From Naegleria gruberi (lineage: Eukaryota), in NCBI GenBank assembly GCA_000004985.1, contig GG738967.1: a DNA stretch of 15,995 nucleotides. One strand, given 5' to 3'. Position 1 is the stretch's first letter. Each line of letters begins with the position of its first letter. A program made the translations under genes and the position numbers. Below, one piece after another: positions 6,201 to 15,386 of the stretch. The notes beneath the pieces were generated by a model. It did not search any database. It was not told the origin of the DNA and was given only the letters and a program-made list of their open reading frames with translations.

Positions 6201-8929
6201 NNNNNNNNNNNNNNNNNNNNNNNNNNNNNNNNNNNNNNNNNNNNNNNNNNNNNNNNNNNNNNNNNNNNNNNNNNNNNNNNNNNNNNNNNNNNNNNNNNNN
6301 NNNNNNNNNNNNNNNNNNNNNNNNNNNNNNNNNNNNNNNNNNNNNNNNNNNNNNNNNNNNNNNNNNNNNNNNNNNNNNNNNNNNNNNNNNNNNNNNNNNN
6401 NNNNNNNNNNNNNNNNNNNNNNNNNNNNNNNNNNNNNNNNNNNNNNNNNNNNNNNNNNNNNNNNNNNNNNNNNNNNNNNNNNNNNNNNNNNNNNNNNNNN
6501 NNNNNNNNNNNNNNNNNNNNNNNNNNNNNNNNNNNNNNNNNNNNNNNNNNNNNNNNNNNNNNNNNNNNNNNNNNNNNNNNNNNNNNNNNNNNNNNNNNNN
6601 NNNNNNNNNNNNNNNNNNNNNNNNNNNNNNNNNNNNNNNNNNNNNNNNNNNNNNNNNNNNNNNNNNNNNNNNNNNNNNNNNNNNNNNNNNNNNNNNNNNN
6701 NNNNNNNNNNNNNNNNNNNNNNNNNNNNNNNNNNNNNNNNNNNNNNNNNNNNNNNNNNNNNNNNNNNNNNNNNNNNNNNNNNNNNNNNNNNNNNNNNNNN
6801 NNNNNNNNNNNNNNNNNNNNNNNNNNNNNNNNNNNNNNNNNNNNNNNNNNNNNNNNNNNNNNNNNNNNNNNNNNNNNNNNNNNNNNNNNNNNNNNNNNNN
6901 NNNNNNNNNNNNNNNNNNNNNNNNNNNNNNNNNNNNNNNNNNNNNNNNNNNNNNNNNNNNNNNNNNNNNNNNNNNNNNNNNNNNNNNNNNNNNNNNNNNN
7001 NNNNNNNNNNNNNNNNNNNNNNNNNNNNNNNNNNNNNNNNNNNNNNNNNNNNNNNNNNNNNNNNNNNNNNNNNNNNNNNNNNNNNNNNNNNNNNNNNNNN
7101 NNNNNNNNNNNNNNNNNNNNNNNNNNNNNNNNNNNNNNNNNNNNNNNNNNNNNNNNNNNNNNNNNNNNNNNNNNNNNNNNNNNNNNNNNNNNNNNNNNNN
7201 NNNNNNNNNNNNNNNNNNNNNNNNNNNNNNNNNNNNNNNNNNNNNNNNNNNNNNNNNNNNNNNNNNNNNNNNNNNNNNNNNNNNNNNNNNNNNNNNNNNN
7301 NNNNNNNNNNNNNNNNNNNNNNNNNNNNNNNNNNNNNNNNNNNNNNNNNNNNNNNNNNNNNNNNNNNNNNNNNNNNNNNNNNNNNNNNNNNNNNNNNNNN
7401 NNNNNNNNNNNNNNNNNNNNNNNNNNNNNNNNNNNNNNNNNNNNNNNNNNNNNNNNNNNNNNNNNNNNNNNNNNNNNNNNNNNNNNNNNNNNNNNNNNNN
7501 NNNNNNNNNNNNNNNNNNNNNNNNNNNNNNNNNNNNNNNNNNNNNNNNNNNNNNNNNNNNNNNNNNNNNNNNNNNNNNNNNNNNNNNNNNNNNNNNNNNN
7601 NNNNNNNNNNNNNNNNNNNNNNNNNNNNNNNNNNNNNNNNNNNNNNNNNNNNNNNNNNNNNNNNNNNNNNNNNNNNNNNNNNNNNNNNNNNNNNNNNNNN
7701 NNNNNNNNNNNNNNNNNNNNNNNNNNNNNNNNNNNNNNNNNNNNNNNNNNNNNNNNNNNNNNNNNNNNNNNNNNNNNNNNNNNNNNNNNNNNNNNNNNNN
7801 NNNNNNNNNNNNNNNNNNNNNNNNNNNNNNNNNNNNNNNNNNNNNNNNNNNNNNNNNNNNNNNNNNNNNNNNNNNNNNNNNNNNNNNNNNNNNNNNNNNN
7901 NNNNNNNNNNNNNNNNNNNNNNNNNNNNNNNNNNNNNNNNNNNNNNNNNNNNNNNNNNNNNNNNNNNNNNNNNNNNNNNNNNNNNNNNNNNNNNNNNNNN
8001 NNNNNNNNNNNNNNNNNNNNNNNNNNNNNNNNNNNNNNNNNNNNNNNNNNNNNNNNNNNNNNNNNNNNNNNNNNNNNNNNNNNNNNNNNNNNNNNNNNNN
8101 NNNNNNNNNNNNNNNNNNNNNNNNNNNNNNNNNNNNNNNNNNNNNNNNNNNNNNNNNNNNNNNNNNNNNNNNNNNNNNNNNNNNNNNNNNNNNNNNNNNN
8201 NNNNNNNNNNNNNNNNNNNNNNNNNNNNNNNNNNNNNNNNNNNNNNNNNNNNNNNNNNNNNNNNNNNNNNNNNNNNNNNNNNNNNNNNNNNNNNNNNNNN
8301 NNNNNNNNNNNNNNNNNNNNNNNNNNNNNNNNNNNNNNNNNNNNNNNNNNNNNNNNNNNNNNNNNNNNNNNNNNNNNNNNNNNNNNNNNNNNNNNNNNNN
8401 NNNNNNNNNNNNNNNNNNNNNNNNNNNNAGATTATTCGACGGTCACTCATCACCATGCTCAAGCATTGATCTTGATCCTTCAGGAAAAGTTCTGATGAGT
8501 GGTGGATTGGATAAGACAGTTAAAATGTGGGACATTAACTCAGGTAAATGTTTCCAAGAATTCCAAACCAACTCTAGAGTTTTATCCCTCACCAACTCAC
8601 CTGCTTCAGATTTGATTGTGTACGGATTGGAAGATGGAGGATTAGATTTGGTCACTTACAAGACACAATCTAATTCTCACAATGTTATTAAGCATTCTGA
8701 TTGTGTTCTTACCACTAAATTCTCTCCTAAAGGAAATTACATTATTTCAGGAGCAAAGGGAGGCATGCTTACCATCTCTGGAGTTGATGCATGCTTTAGA
8801 CAGCTTGCCTCAGAACTATTGAGCAACTCTGTTCTGTCTTGTGATGTTGTGAGTAGCACTGATGGAGACTACATCTCAGTTGGTACTTGGGATAACAAGA
8901 TATCATTGTATAAATTAGTAGGTGTATAA
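3293..8929 (+). CDS. Large WD40-repeat protein (about 1878 aa if single-exon); interior 3683-8428 is N-masked. Visible N-terminus is MSNNNFEPSDTFVPRILFKTLF...ESIKIRVW. Visible C-terminus is 3-4 WD40 repeats ending ...GTWDNKISLYKLVGV*
   Basis: ATG at 3293 in a taaaaaaATGt context; the track's 3266 start is TTG. The ORF is open for 390 nt up to the N block. Downstream of the block, 8429-8929 in the same reading frame as 3293 gives RLFDGHSSPCSSIDLDPSGKVLMSGGLDKTVKMWDINSGKCFQEF...KHSDCVLTTKFSPKGNYIISGAKGGMLTISGV...DGDYISVGTWDNKISLYKL. These carry the WD40 GH...[ST]G-x-D-x-T-[VI]-K-[MI]-WD signature. TAA stop at 8927-8929 and AATAAA 15 nt later. Joining the two ends into one gene is an inference from shared frame and strand; the C-terminal WD40 fragment alone is confidence about 0.85. 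Confidence 0.5.
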   Translation: MSNNNFEPSDTFVPRILFKTLFASVYKNFTCNKQLMMAESVRINEPQNTFKHTVLVSLYNTCMSNFVNREFDSPIETSKTPNANKKNILDLDLVQLDKVSEEVFKTNNDDETQKKITDLFDGESIKIRVWXXXXXXXXXXXXXXXXXXXXXXXXXXXXXXXXXXXXXXXXXXXXXXXXXXXXXXXXXXXXXXXXXXXXXXXXXXXXXXXXXXXXXXXXXXXXXXXXXXXXXXXXXXXXXXXXXXXXXXXXXXXXXXXXXXXXXXXXXXXXXXXXXXXXXXXXXXXXXXXXXXXXXXXXXXXXXXXXXXXXXXXXXXXXXXXXXXXXXXXXXXXXXXXXXXXXXXXXXXXXXXXXXXXXXXXXXXXXXXXXXXXXXXXXXXXXXXXXXXXXXXXXXXXXXXXXXXXXXXXXXXXXXXXXXXXXXXXXXXXXXXXXXXXXXXXXXXXXXXXXXXXXXXXXXXXXXXXXXXXXXXXXXXXXXXXXXXXXXXXXXXXXXXXXXXXXXXXXXXXXXXXXXXXXXXXXXXXXXXXXXXXXXXXXXXXXXXXXXXXXXXXXXXXXXXXXXXXXXXXXXXXXXXXXXXXXXXXXXXXXXXXXXXXXXXXXXXXXXXXXXXXXXXXXXXXXXXXXXXXXXXXXXXXXXXXXXXXXXXXXXXXXXXXXXXXXXXXXXXXXXXXXXXXXXXXXXXXXXXXXXXXXXXXXXXXXXXXXXXXXXXXXXXXXXXXXXXXXXXXXXXXXXXXXXXXXXXXXXXXXXXXXXXXXXXXXXXXXXXXXXXXXXXXXXXXXXXXXXXXXXXXXXXXXXXXXXXXXXXXXXXXXXXXXXXXXXXXXXXXXXXXXXXXXXXXXXXXXXXXXXXXXXXXXXXXXXXXXXXXXXXXXXXXXXXXXXXXXXXXXXXXXXXXXXXXXXXXXXXXXXXXXXXXXXXXXXXXXXXXXXXXXXXXXXXXXXXXXXXXXXXXXXXXXXXXXXXXXXXXXXXXXXXXXXXXXXXXXXXXXXXXXXXXXXXXXXXXXXXXXXXXXXXXXXXXXXXXXXXXXXXXXXXXXXXXXXXXXXXXXXXXXXXXXXXXXXXXXXXXXXXXXXXXXXXXXXXXXXXXXXXXXXXXXXXXXXXXXXXXXXXXXXXXXXXXXXXXXXXXXXXXXXXXXXXXXXXXXXXXXXXXXXXXXXXXXXXXXXXXXXXXXXXXXXXXXXXXXXXXXXXXXXXXXXXXXXXXXXXXXXXXXXXXXXXXXXXXXXXXXXXXXXXXXXXXXXXXXXXXXXXXXXXXXXXXXXXXXXXXXXXXXXXXXXXXXXXXXXXXXXXXXXXXXXXXXXXXXXXXXXXXXXXXXXXXXXXXXXXXXXXXXXXXXXXXXXXXXXXXXXXXXXXXXXXXXXXXXXXXXXXXXXXXXXXXXXXXXXXXXXXXXXXXXXXXXXXXXXXXXXXXXXXXXXXXXXXXXXXXXXXXXXXXXXXXXXXXXXXXXXXXXXXXXXXXXXXXXXXXXXXXXXXXXXXXXXXXXXXXXXXXXXXXXXXXXXXXXXXXXXXXXXXXXXXXXXXXXXXXXXXXXXXXXXXXXXXXXXXXXXXXXXXXXXXXXXXXXXXXXXXXXXXXXXXXXXXXXXXXXXXXXXXXXXXXXXXXXXXXXXXXXXXXXXXXXXXXXXXXXXXXXXXXXXXXXXXXXXXXXXXXXXXXXXXXXXXXXXXXXXXXXXXXXXXXXXXXXXXXXXXXXXXXXXXXXXXXXXXXXXXRLFDGHSSPCSSIDLDPSGKVLMSGGLDKTVKMWDINSGKCFQEFQTNSRVLSLTNSPASDLIVYGLEDGGLDLVTYKTQSNSHNVIKHSDCVLTTKFSPKGNYIISGAKGGMLTISGVDACFRQLASELLSNSVLSCDVVSSTDGDYISVGTWDNKISLYKLVGV

Positions 8930-8943
8930 GATCCCTCTGTTTT

Positions 8944-8949
8944 AATAAA
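8944..8949 (+). terminator. AATAAA polyadenylation signal of the WD40 gene
   Basis: Canonical hexamer 15 nt after the TAA at 8927-8929. Confidence 0.45.
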
Positions 8950-9022
8950 CCATACTGCACGCTCTCACATTTTGTTGTTGTTTGTGAACTCTGATTACAA
9001 CAACCAAAGGAGTAAGATAAGG

Positions 9023-9028
9023 TATAAA
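9023..9028 (+). promoter_or_regulatory. TATAAA(T) TATA-box candidate for the HGSNAT-like gene
   Basis: TATAAAT lies 62 nt upstream of the ATG at 9090, inside the 160-bp spacer after the WD40 gene. The spacing fits a TSS about 30 nt downstream and a short 5' UTR. Confidence 0.3.
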
Positions 9029-9089
9029 TTCGGAACCCAATTCATACACAACGAACCCCTCAAGTAACCAATTCACAAACAACAGAAAA

Positions 9090-9394
9090 ATGAGTGAATT
9101 GGGTCTCAAATTGCGTAAACTGTTCAAATGGCAGTCGAGTGAAAAGAATTCTGAAGCTCAACAATTACTGTCTTCGGGAACAGCAGTAAATAACAATGAA
9201 GATCCATCACCATCATCATCAGCAGCAGTAACAACAGAAATTACCACAACCAATGCTCCACCGAGAAAGGAACGTATGGTTGCATTGGATATTATGAGAG
9301 GAATGACCATCATGTTGATGATTATTGTGAATAATCAACCAGCTAGAGCTTTTATCCCGTTGGATCATGCTGAATGGTTCGGATTTACCCCAAC
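9090..9394 (+). CDS. Exon 1 of an HGSNAT/DUF1624-family (heparan-alpha-glucosaminide N-acetyltransferase-like) multi-pass membrane protein
   Basis: ATG in a cagaaaaATGa context. Translation MSELGLKLRKLFKWQSSEKNSEAQQ...PPRKERMVALDIMRGMTIMLMIIVNNQPARAFIPLDHAEWFGFTPT. It aligns with the family core R-x-x-S-[LV]-D-x-F-R-G-x-x-[IL]-x-L-M-[IV]-x-V-N ... H-A-x-W-x-G, which in human HGSNAT is [20 protein letters not shown]...KHASWNGLTVAD and includes the catalytic His. The exon ends AC|GTAAGT, a phase-2 donor at 9395. Confidence 0.75.
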
Positions 9395-9554
9395 GTAAGT
9401 TACAGCAGTGCAATTCTTTCTCTCATCATTCTGATGGTCCTTGTTGGATAACGCAATGAAAATGTTGAAATTTCACTTTATGAATGTTCTCCTTTTCGGA
9501 ATGTGTGGATTCGATTTCAATGCAAAAACATTTATGATGGTCGTGAACATGTAG
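9395..9554 (+). other. Spliceosomal intron (160 nt), GTAAGT ... TAG, phase 2
   Basis: GTAAGT donor at 9395-9400; acceptor AG at 9553-9554. Splicing gives ...GFTPT|DCVFPFFLFVMGYAAAIVYS, which restores the conserved family motif T-x-x-D-[LC]-V-F-P-x-F-[LV]-F-[IV]-M-G (human TVADLVFPWFVFIMG). The unspliced read-through hits TAA at 9396. Confidence 0.7.
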
Positions 9555-9684
9555 TGATTGTGTCTTTCCATTCTTTTTATTTGTGATGGGATATGCAGCT
9601 GCAATTGTCTATTCCCGTGAGTGGCCAAGTGATGTTTACTTGTATCCACCAAGTCATGTTAAATTATCAATTCAATCCTATTTT
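9555..9684 (+). CDS. Exon 2 of the HGSNAT-like gene, continuing into the N block; alternatively it ends at 9616 before a GTGAGT donor at 9617
   Basis: Frame restored after the intron: T DCVFPFFLFVMGYAAAIVYS then REWPSDVYLYPPSHVKLSIQSYF, open to the mask edge. The track shows this as a GTG-initiated ORF at 9583, which is an artefact. A consensus GTGAGT at 9617-9622 suggests the exon may stop at 9616 (phase 1). Both models leave the gene body inside 9685-14784. Confidence 0.65.
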
Positions 9685-12600
9685 NNNNNNNNNNNNNNNN
9701 NNNNNNNNNNNNNNNNNNNNNNNNNNNNNNNNNNNNNNNNNNNNNNNNNNNNNNNNNNNNNNNNNNNNNNNNNNNNNNNNNNNNNNNNNNNNNNNNNNNN
9801 NNNNNNNNNNNNNNNNNNNNNNNNNNNNNNNNNNNNNNNNNNNNNNNNNNNNNNNNNNNNNNNNNNNNNNNNNNNNNNNNNNNNNNNNNNNNNNNNNNNN
9901 NNNNNNNNNNNNNNNNNNNNNNNNNNNNNNNNNNNNNNNNNNNNNNNNNNNNNNNNNNNNNNNNNNNNNNNNNNNNNNNNNNNNNNNNNNNNNNNNNNNN
10001 NNNNNNNNNNNNNNNNNNNNNNNNNNNNNNNNNNNNNNNNNNNNNNNNNNNNNNNNNNNNNNNNNNNNNNNNNNNNNNNNNNNNNNNNNNNNNNNNNNNN
10101 NNNNNNNNNNNNNNNNNNNNNNNNNNNNNNNNNNNNNNNNNNNNNNNNNNNNNNNNNNNNNNNNNNNNNNNNNNNNNNNNNNNNNNNNNNNNNNNNNNNN
10201 NNNNNNNNNNNNNNNNNNNNNNNNNNNNNNNNNNNNNNNNNNNNNNNNNNNNNNNNNNNNNNNNNNNNNNNNNNNNNNNNNNNNNNNNNNNNNNNNNNNN
10301 NNNNNNNNNNNNNNNNNNNNNNNNNNNNNNNNNNNNNNNNNNNNNNNNNNNNNNNNNNNNNNNNNNNNNNNNNNNNNNNNNNNNNNNNNNNNNNNNNNNN
10401 NNNNNNNNNNNNNNNNNNNNNNNNNNNNNNNNNNNNNNNNNNNNNNNNNNNNNNNNNNNNNNNNNNNNNNNNNNNNNNNNNNNNNNNNNNNNNNNNNNNN
10501 NNNNNNNNNNNNNNNNNNNNNNNNNNNNNNNNNNNNNNNNNNNNNNNNNNNNNNNNNNNNNNNNNNNNNNNNNNNNNNNNNNNNNNNNNNNNNNNNNNNN
10601 NNNNNNNNNNNNNNNNNNNNNNNNNNNNNNNNNNNNNNNNNNNNNNNNNNNNNNNNNNNNNNNNNNNNNNNNNNNNNNNNNNNNNNNNNNNNNNNNNNNN
10701 NNNNNNNNNNNNNNNNNNNNNNNNNNNNNNNNNNNNNNNNNNNNNNNNNNNNNNNNNNNNNNNNNNNNNNNNNNNNNNNNNNNNNNNNNNNNNNNNNNNN
10801 NNNNNNNNNNNNNNNNNNNNNNNNNNNNNNNNNNNNNNNNNNNNNNNNNNNNNNNNNNNNNNNNNNNNNNNNNNNNNNNNNNNNNNNNNNNNNNNNNNNN
10901 NNNNNNNNNNNNNNNNNNNNNNNNNNNNNNNNNNNNNNNNNNNNNNNNNNNNNNNNNNNNNNNNNNNNNNNNNNNNNNNNNNNNNNNNNNNNNNNNNNNN
11001 NNNNNNNNNNNNNNNNNNNNNNNNNNNNNNNNNNNNNNNNNNNNNNNNNNNNNNNNNNNNNNNNNNNNNNNNNNNNNNNNNNNNNNNNNNNNNNNNNNNN
11101 NNNNNNNNNNNNNNNNNNNNNNNNNNNNNNNNNNNNNNNNNNNNNNNNNNNNNNNNNNNNNNNNNNNNNNNNNNNNNNNNNNNNNNNNNNNNNNNNNNNN
11201 NNNNNNNNNNNNNNNNNNNNNNNNNNNNNNNNNNNNNNNNNNNNNNNNNNNNNNNNNNNNNNNNNNNNNNNNNNNNNNNNNNNNNNNNNNNNNNNNNNNN
11301 NNNNNNNNNNNNNNNNNNNNNNNNNNNNNNNNNNNNNNNNNNNNNNNNNNNNNNNNNNNNNNNNNNNNNNNNNNNNNNNNNNNNNNNNNNNNNNNNNNNN
11401 NNNNNNNNNNNNNNNNNNNNNNNNNNNNNNNNNNNNNNNNNNNNNNNNNNNNNNNNNNNNNNNNNNNNNNNNNNNNNNNNNNNNNNNNNNNNNNNNNNNN
11501 NNNNNNNNNNNNNNNNNNNNNNNNNNNNNNNNNNNNNNNNNNNNNNNNNNNNNNNNNNNNNNNNNNNNNNNNNNNNNNNNNNNNNNNNNNNNNNNNNNNN
11601 NNNNNNNNNNNNNNNNNNNNNNNNNNNNNNNNNNNNNNNNNNNNNNNNNNNNNNNNNNNNNNNNNNNNNNNNNNNNNNNNNNNNNNNNNNNNNNNNNNNN
11701 NNNNNNNNNNNNNNNNNNNNNNNNNNNNNNNNNNNNNNNNNNNNNNNNNNNNNNNNNNNNNNNNNNNNNNNNNNNNNNNNNNNNNNNNNNNNNNNNNNNN
11801 NNNNNNNNNNNNNNNNNNNNNNNNNNNNNNNNNNNNNNNNNNNNNNNNNNNNNNNNNNNNNNNNNNNNNNNNNNNNNNNNNNNNNNNNNNNNNNNNNNNN
11901 NNNNNNNNNNNNNNNNNNNNNNNNNNNNNNNNNNNNNNNNNNNNNNNNNNNNNNNNNNNNNNNNNNNNNNNNNNNNNNNNNNNNNNNNNNNNNNNNNNNN
12001 NNNNNNNNNNNNNNNNNNNNNNNNNNNNNNNNNNNNNNNNNNNNNNNNNNNNNNNNNNNNNNNNNNNNNNNNNNNNNNNNNNNNNNNNNNNNNNNNNNNN
12101 NNNNNNNNNNNNNNNNNNNNNNNNNNNNNNNNNNNNNNNNNNNNNNNNNNNNNNNNNNNNNNNNNNNNNNNNNNNNNNNNNNNNNNNNNNNNNNNNNNNN
12201 NNNNNNNNNNNNNNNNNNNNNNNNNNNNNNNNNNNNNNNNNNNNNNNNNNNNNNNNNNNNNNNNNNNNNNNNNNNNNNNNNNNNNNNNNNNNNNNNNNNN
12301 NNNNNNNNNNNNNNNNNNNNNNNNNNNNNNNNNNNNNNNNNNNNNNNNNNNNNNNNNNNNNNNNNNNNNNNNNNNNNNNNNNNNNNNNNNNNNNNNNNNN
12401 NNNNNNNNNNNNNNNNNNNNNNNNNNNNNNNNNNNNNNNNNNNNNNNNNNNNNNNNNNNNNNNNNNNNNNNNNNNNNNNNNNNNNNNNNNNNNNNNNNNN
12501 NNNNNNNNNNNNNNNNNNNNNNNNNNNNNNNNNNNNNNNNNNNNNNNNNNNNNNNNNNNNNNNNNNNNNNNNNNNNNNNNNNNNNNNNNNNNNNNNNNNN

Positions 12601-14784
12601 NNNNNNNNNNNNNNNNNNNNNNNNNNNNNNNNNNNNNNNNNNNNNNNNNNNNNNNNNNNNNNNNNNNNNNNNNNNNNNNNNNNNNNNNNNNNNNNNNNNN
12701 NNNNNNNNNNNNNNNNNNNNNNNNNNNNNNNNNNNNNNNNNNNNNNNNNNNNNNNNNNNNNNNNNNNNNNNNNNNNNNNNNNNNNNNNNNNNNNNNNNNN
12801 NNNNNNNNNNNNNNNNNNNNNNNNNNNNNNNNNNNNNNNNNNNNNNNNNNNNNNNNNNNNNNNNNNNNNNNNNNNNNNNNNNNNNNNNNNNNNNNNNNNN
12901 NNNNNNNNNNNNNNNNNNNNNNNNNNNNNNNNNNNNNNNNNNNNNNNNNNNNNNNNNNNNNNNNNNNNNNNNNNNNNNNNNNNNNNNNNNNNNNNNNNNN
13001 NNNNNNNNNNNNNNNNNNNNNNNNNNNNNNNNNNNNNNNNNNNNNNNNNNNNNNNNNNNNNNNNNNNNNNNNNNNNNNNNNNNNNNNNNNNNNNNNNNNN
13101 NNNNNNNNNNNNNNNNNNNNNNNNNNNNNNNNNNNNNNNNNNNNNNNNNNNNNNNNNNNNNNNNNNNNNNNNNNNNNNNNNNNNNNNNNNNNNNNNNNNN
13201 NNNNNNNNNNNNNNNNNNNNNNNNNNNNNNNNNNNNNNNNNNNNNNNNNNNNNNNNNNNNNNNNNNNNNNNNNNNNNNNNNNNNNNNNNNNNNNNNNNNN
13301 NNNNNNNNNNNNNNNNNNNNNNNNNNNNNNNNNNNNNNNNNNNNNNNNNNNNNNNNNNNNNNNNNNNNNNNNNNNNNNNNNNNNNNNNNNNNNNNNNNNN
13401 NNNNNNNNNNNNNNNNNNNNNNNNNNNNNNNNNNNNNNNNNNNNNNNNNNNNNNNNNNNNNNNNNNNNNNNNNNNNNNNNNNNNNNNNNNNNNNNNNNNN
13501 NNNNNNNNNNNNNNNNNNNNNNNNNNNNNNNNNNNNNNNNNNNNNNNNNNNNNNNNNNNNNNNNNNNNNNNNNNNNNNNNNNNNNNNNNNNNNNNNNNNN
13601 NNNNNNNNNNNNNNNNNNNNNNNNNNNNNNNNNNNNNNNNNNNNNNNNNNNNNNNNNNNNNNNNNNNNNNNNNNNNNNNNNNNNNNNNNNNNNNNNNNNN
13701 NNNNNNNNNNNNNNNNNNNNNNNNNNNNNNNNNNNNNNNNNNNNNNNNNNNNNNNNNNNNNNNNNNNNNNNNNNNNNNNNNNNNNNNNNNNNNNNNNNNN
13801 NNNNNNNNNNNNNNNNNNNNNNNNNNNNNNNNNNNNNNNNNNNNNNNNNNNNNNNNNNNNNNNNNNNNNNNNNNNNNNNNNNNNNNNNNNNNNNNNNNNN
13901 NNNNNNNNNNNNNNNNNNNNNNNNNNNNNNNNNNNNNNNNNNNNNNNNNNNNNNNNNNNNNNNNNNNNNNNNNNNNNNNNNNNNNNNNNNNNNNNNNNNN
14001 NNNNNNNNNNNNNNNNNNNNNNNNNNNNNNNNNNNNNNNNNNNNNNNNNNNNNNNNNNNNNNNNNNNNNNNNNNNNNNNNNNNNNNNNNNNNNNNNNNNN
14101 NNNNNNNNNNNNNNNNNNNNNNNNNNNNNNNNNNNNNNNNNNNNNNNNNNNNNNNNNNNNNNNNNNNNNNNNNNNNNNNNNNNNNNNNNNNNNNNNNNNN
14201 NNNNNNNNNNNNNNNNNNNNNNNNNNNNNNNNNNNNNNNNNNNNNNNNNNNNNNNNNNNNNNNNNNNNNNNNNNNNNNNNNNNNNNNNNNNNNNNNNNNN
14301 NNNNNNNNNNNNNNNNNNNNNNNNNNNNNNNNNNNNNNNNNNNNNNNNNNNNNNNNNNNNNNNNNNNNNNNNNNNNNNNNNNNNNNNNNNNNNNNNNNNN
14401 NNNNNNNNNNNNNNNNNNNNNNNNNNNNNNNNNNNNNNNNNNNNNNNNNNNNNNNNNNNNNNNNNNNNNNNNNNNNNNNNNNNNNNNNNNNNNNNNNNNN
14501 NNNNNNNNNNNNNNNNNNNNNNNNNNNNNNNNNNNNNNNNNNNNNNNNNNNNNNNNNNNNNNNNNNNNNNNNNNNNNNNNNNNNNNNNNNNNNNNNNNNN
14601 NNNNNNNNNNNNNNNNNNNNNNNNNNNNNNNNNNNNNNNNNNNNNNNNNNNNNNNNNNNNNNNNNNNNNNNNNNNNNNNNNNNNNNNNNNNNNNNNNNNN
14701 NNNNNNNNNNNNNNNNNNNNNNNNNNNNNNNNNNNNNNNNNNNNNNNNNNNNNNNNNNNNNNNNNNNNNNNNNNNNNNNNNNNN

Positions 14785-15386
14785 CAAAAGTCATAGATTG
14801 AAGATGATTGGGTTCTATTCTTAACATTCAATTCAAGATGAGCTCCTGATTTTCTAAATAAAGCATCGATTAGATCTTTAACTTCAAATGAGTGTACTTT
14901 TGTTAACCAACAATCAATTAATGCAATATGTGAATCTTCAAACACCTCTCTGAGTATATTTTCAGCAGAGTATCTCAATGATTCCTTTCTCTCTTTTGAA
15001 ATCAATTTGTTAACATATGGATCATGAATTTGTAAATTTTCAAAATATCTATATTTTGCCAACATTTCCAACCCATTATAATCTTTCAGAATTTTTCGTT
15101 TCCTCTCAAATCTTATTTGTGATTTAACAATGGTCAATAATTTAACACTCCTCTTTGAAATCAATGGATGATTCACAATAGAAAGAGTCTTTGACTTAAA
15201 ACCAGTAGGATTCCGTTCAGCCATCTCATTCAAAATAACAATCCAAAACCGATCGAAACTCTCTGTTACAGTACGATAACAATCGGAACATGTTAGTGCC
15301 AAACTCATCACAGTTTTTAAATCATTTTTGCAGAATAATAAAATATCCATCAGAGAATCATTGGAGAGGGAAGTTAGTTTAGACAT
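14785..15386 (-). CDS. 5' part (about 200 aa visible) of an F-box domain protein; the rest lies in the N block
   Basis: ATG at 15386..15384 in a taaaaaaATGt context. Translation MSKLTSLSNDSLMDILLFCKNDLKTVMSLALTCSDCYRTVTESFDRFWIVILNEM... fits the F-box consensus L-x-x-[DE]-[IL]-[LIM]-x-x-I-L-x-x-[LC]-x-x-x-D-L-x-x-x-x-x-V-[CS]-[KR]-x-[WCY]-R-x-[LV]-x-x-x-x-x-[LF]-W. It is followed by a 150-aa open region ...LIDALFRKSGAHLELNVKNRTQSSSIYDF that runs into the mask. The track's longer MFDF... start is non-ATG. Confidence 0.7.

Noticed and set aside
3663-8469. Long overlapping ORFs 3663..8462 (-) and 3679..8469 (+) in the six-frame track
   Set aside because: They consist almost entirely of N translated as X, which never yields a stop. 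They carry no information, and their few real residues at the edges are out of frame with the supported WD40 gene.
9583-14827. ORFs 9583..14796 (+), 9593..14824 (+), 9659..14827 (-), 9667..14787 (-) and the N-spanning part of 9678..15464 (-)
   Set aside because: Artefacts of translating the N run. Only the real 5' edge of 9583.. (exon 2 of the HGSNAT-like gene, with an artificial GTG start) and the real 3' edge of 9678..15464 (the F-box gene, real start at ATG 15386) are meaningful.
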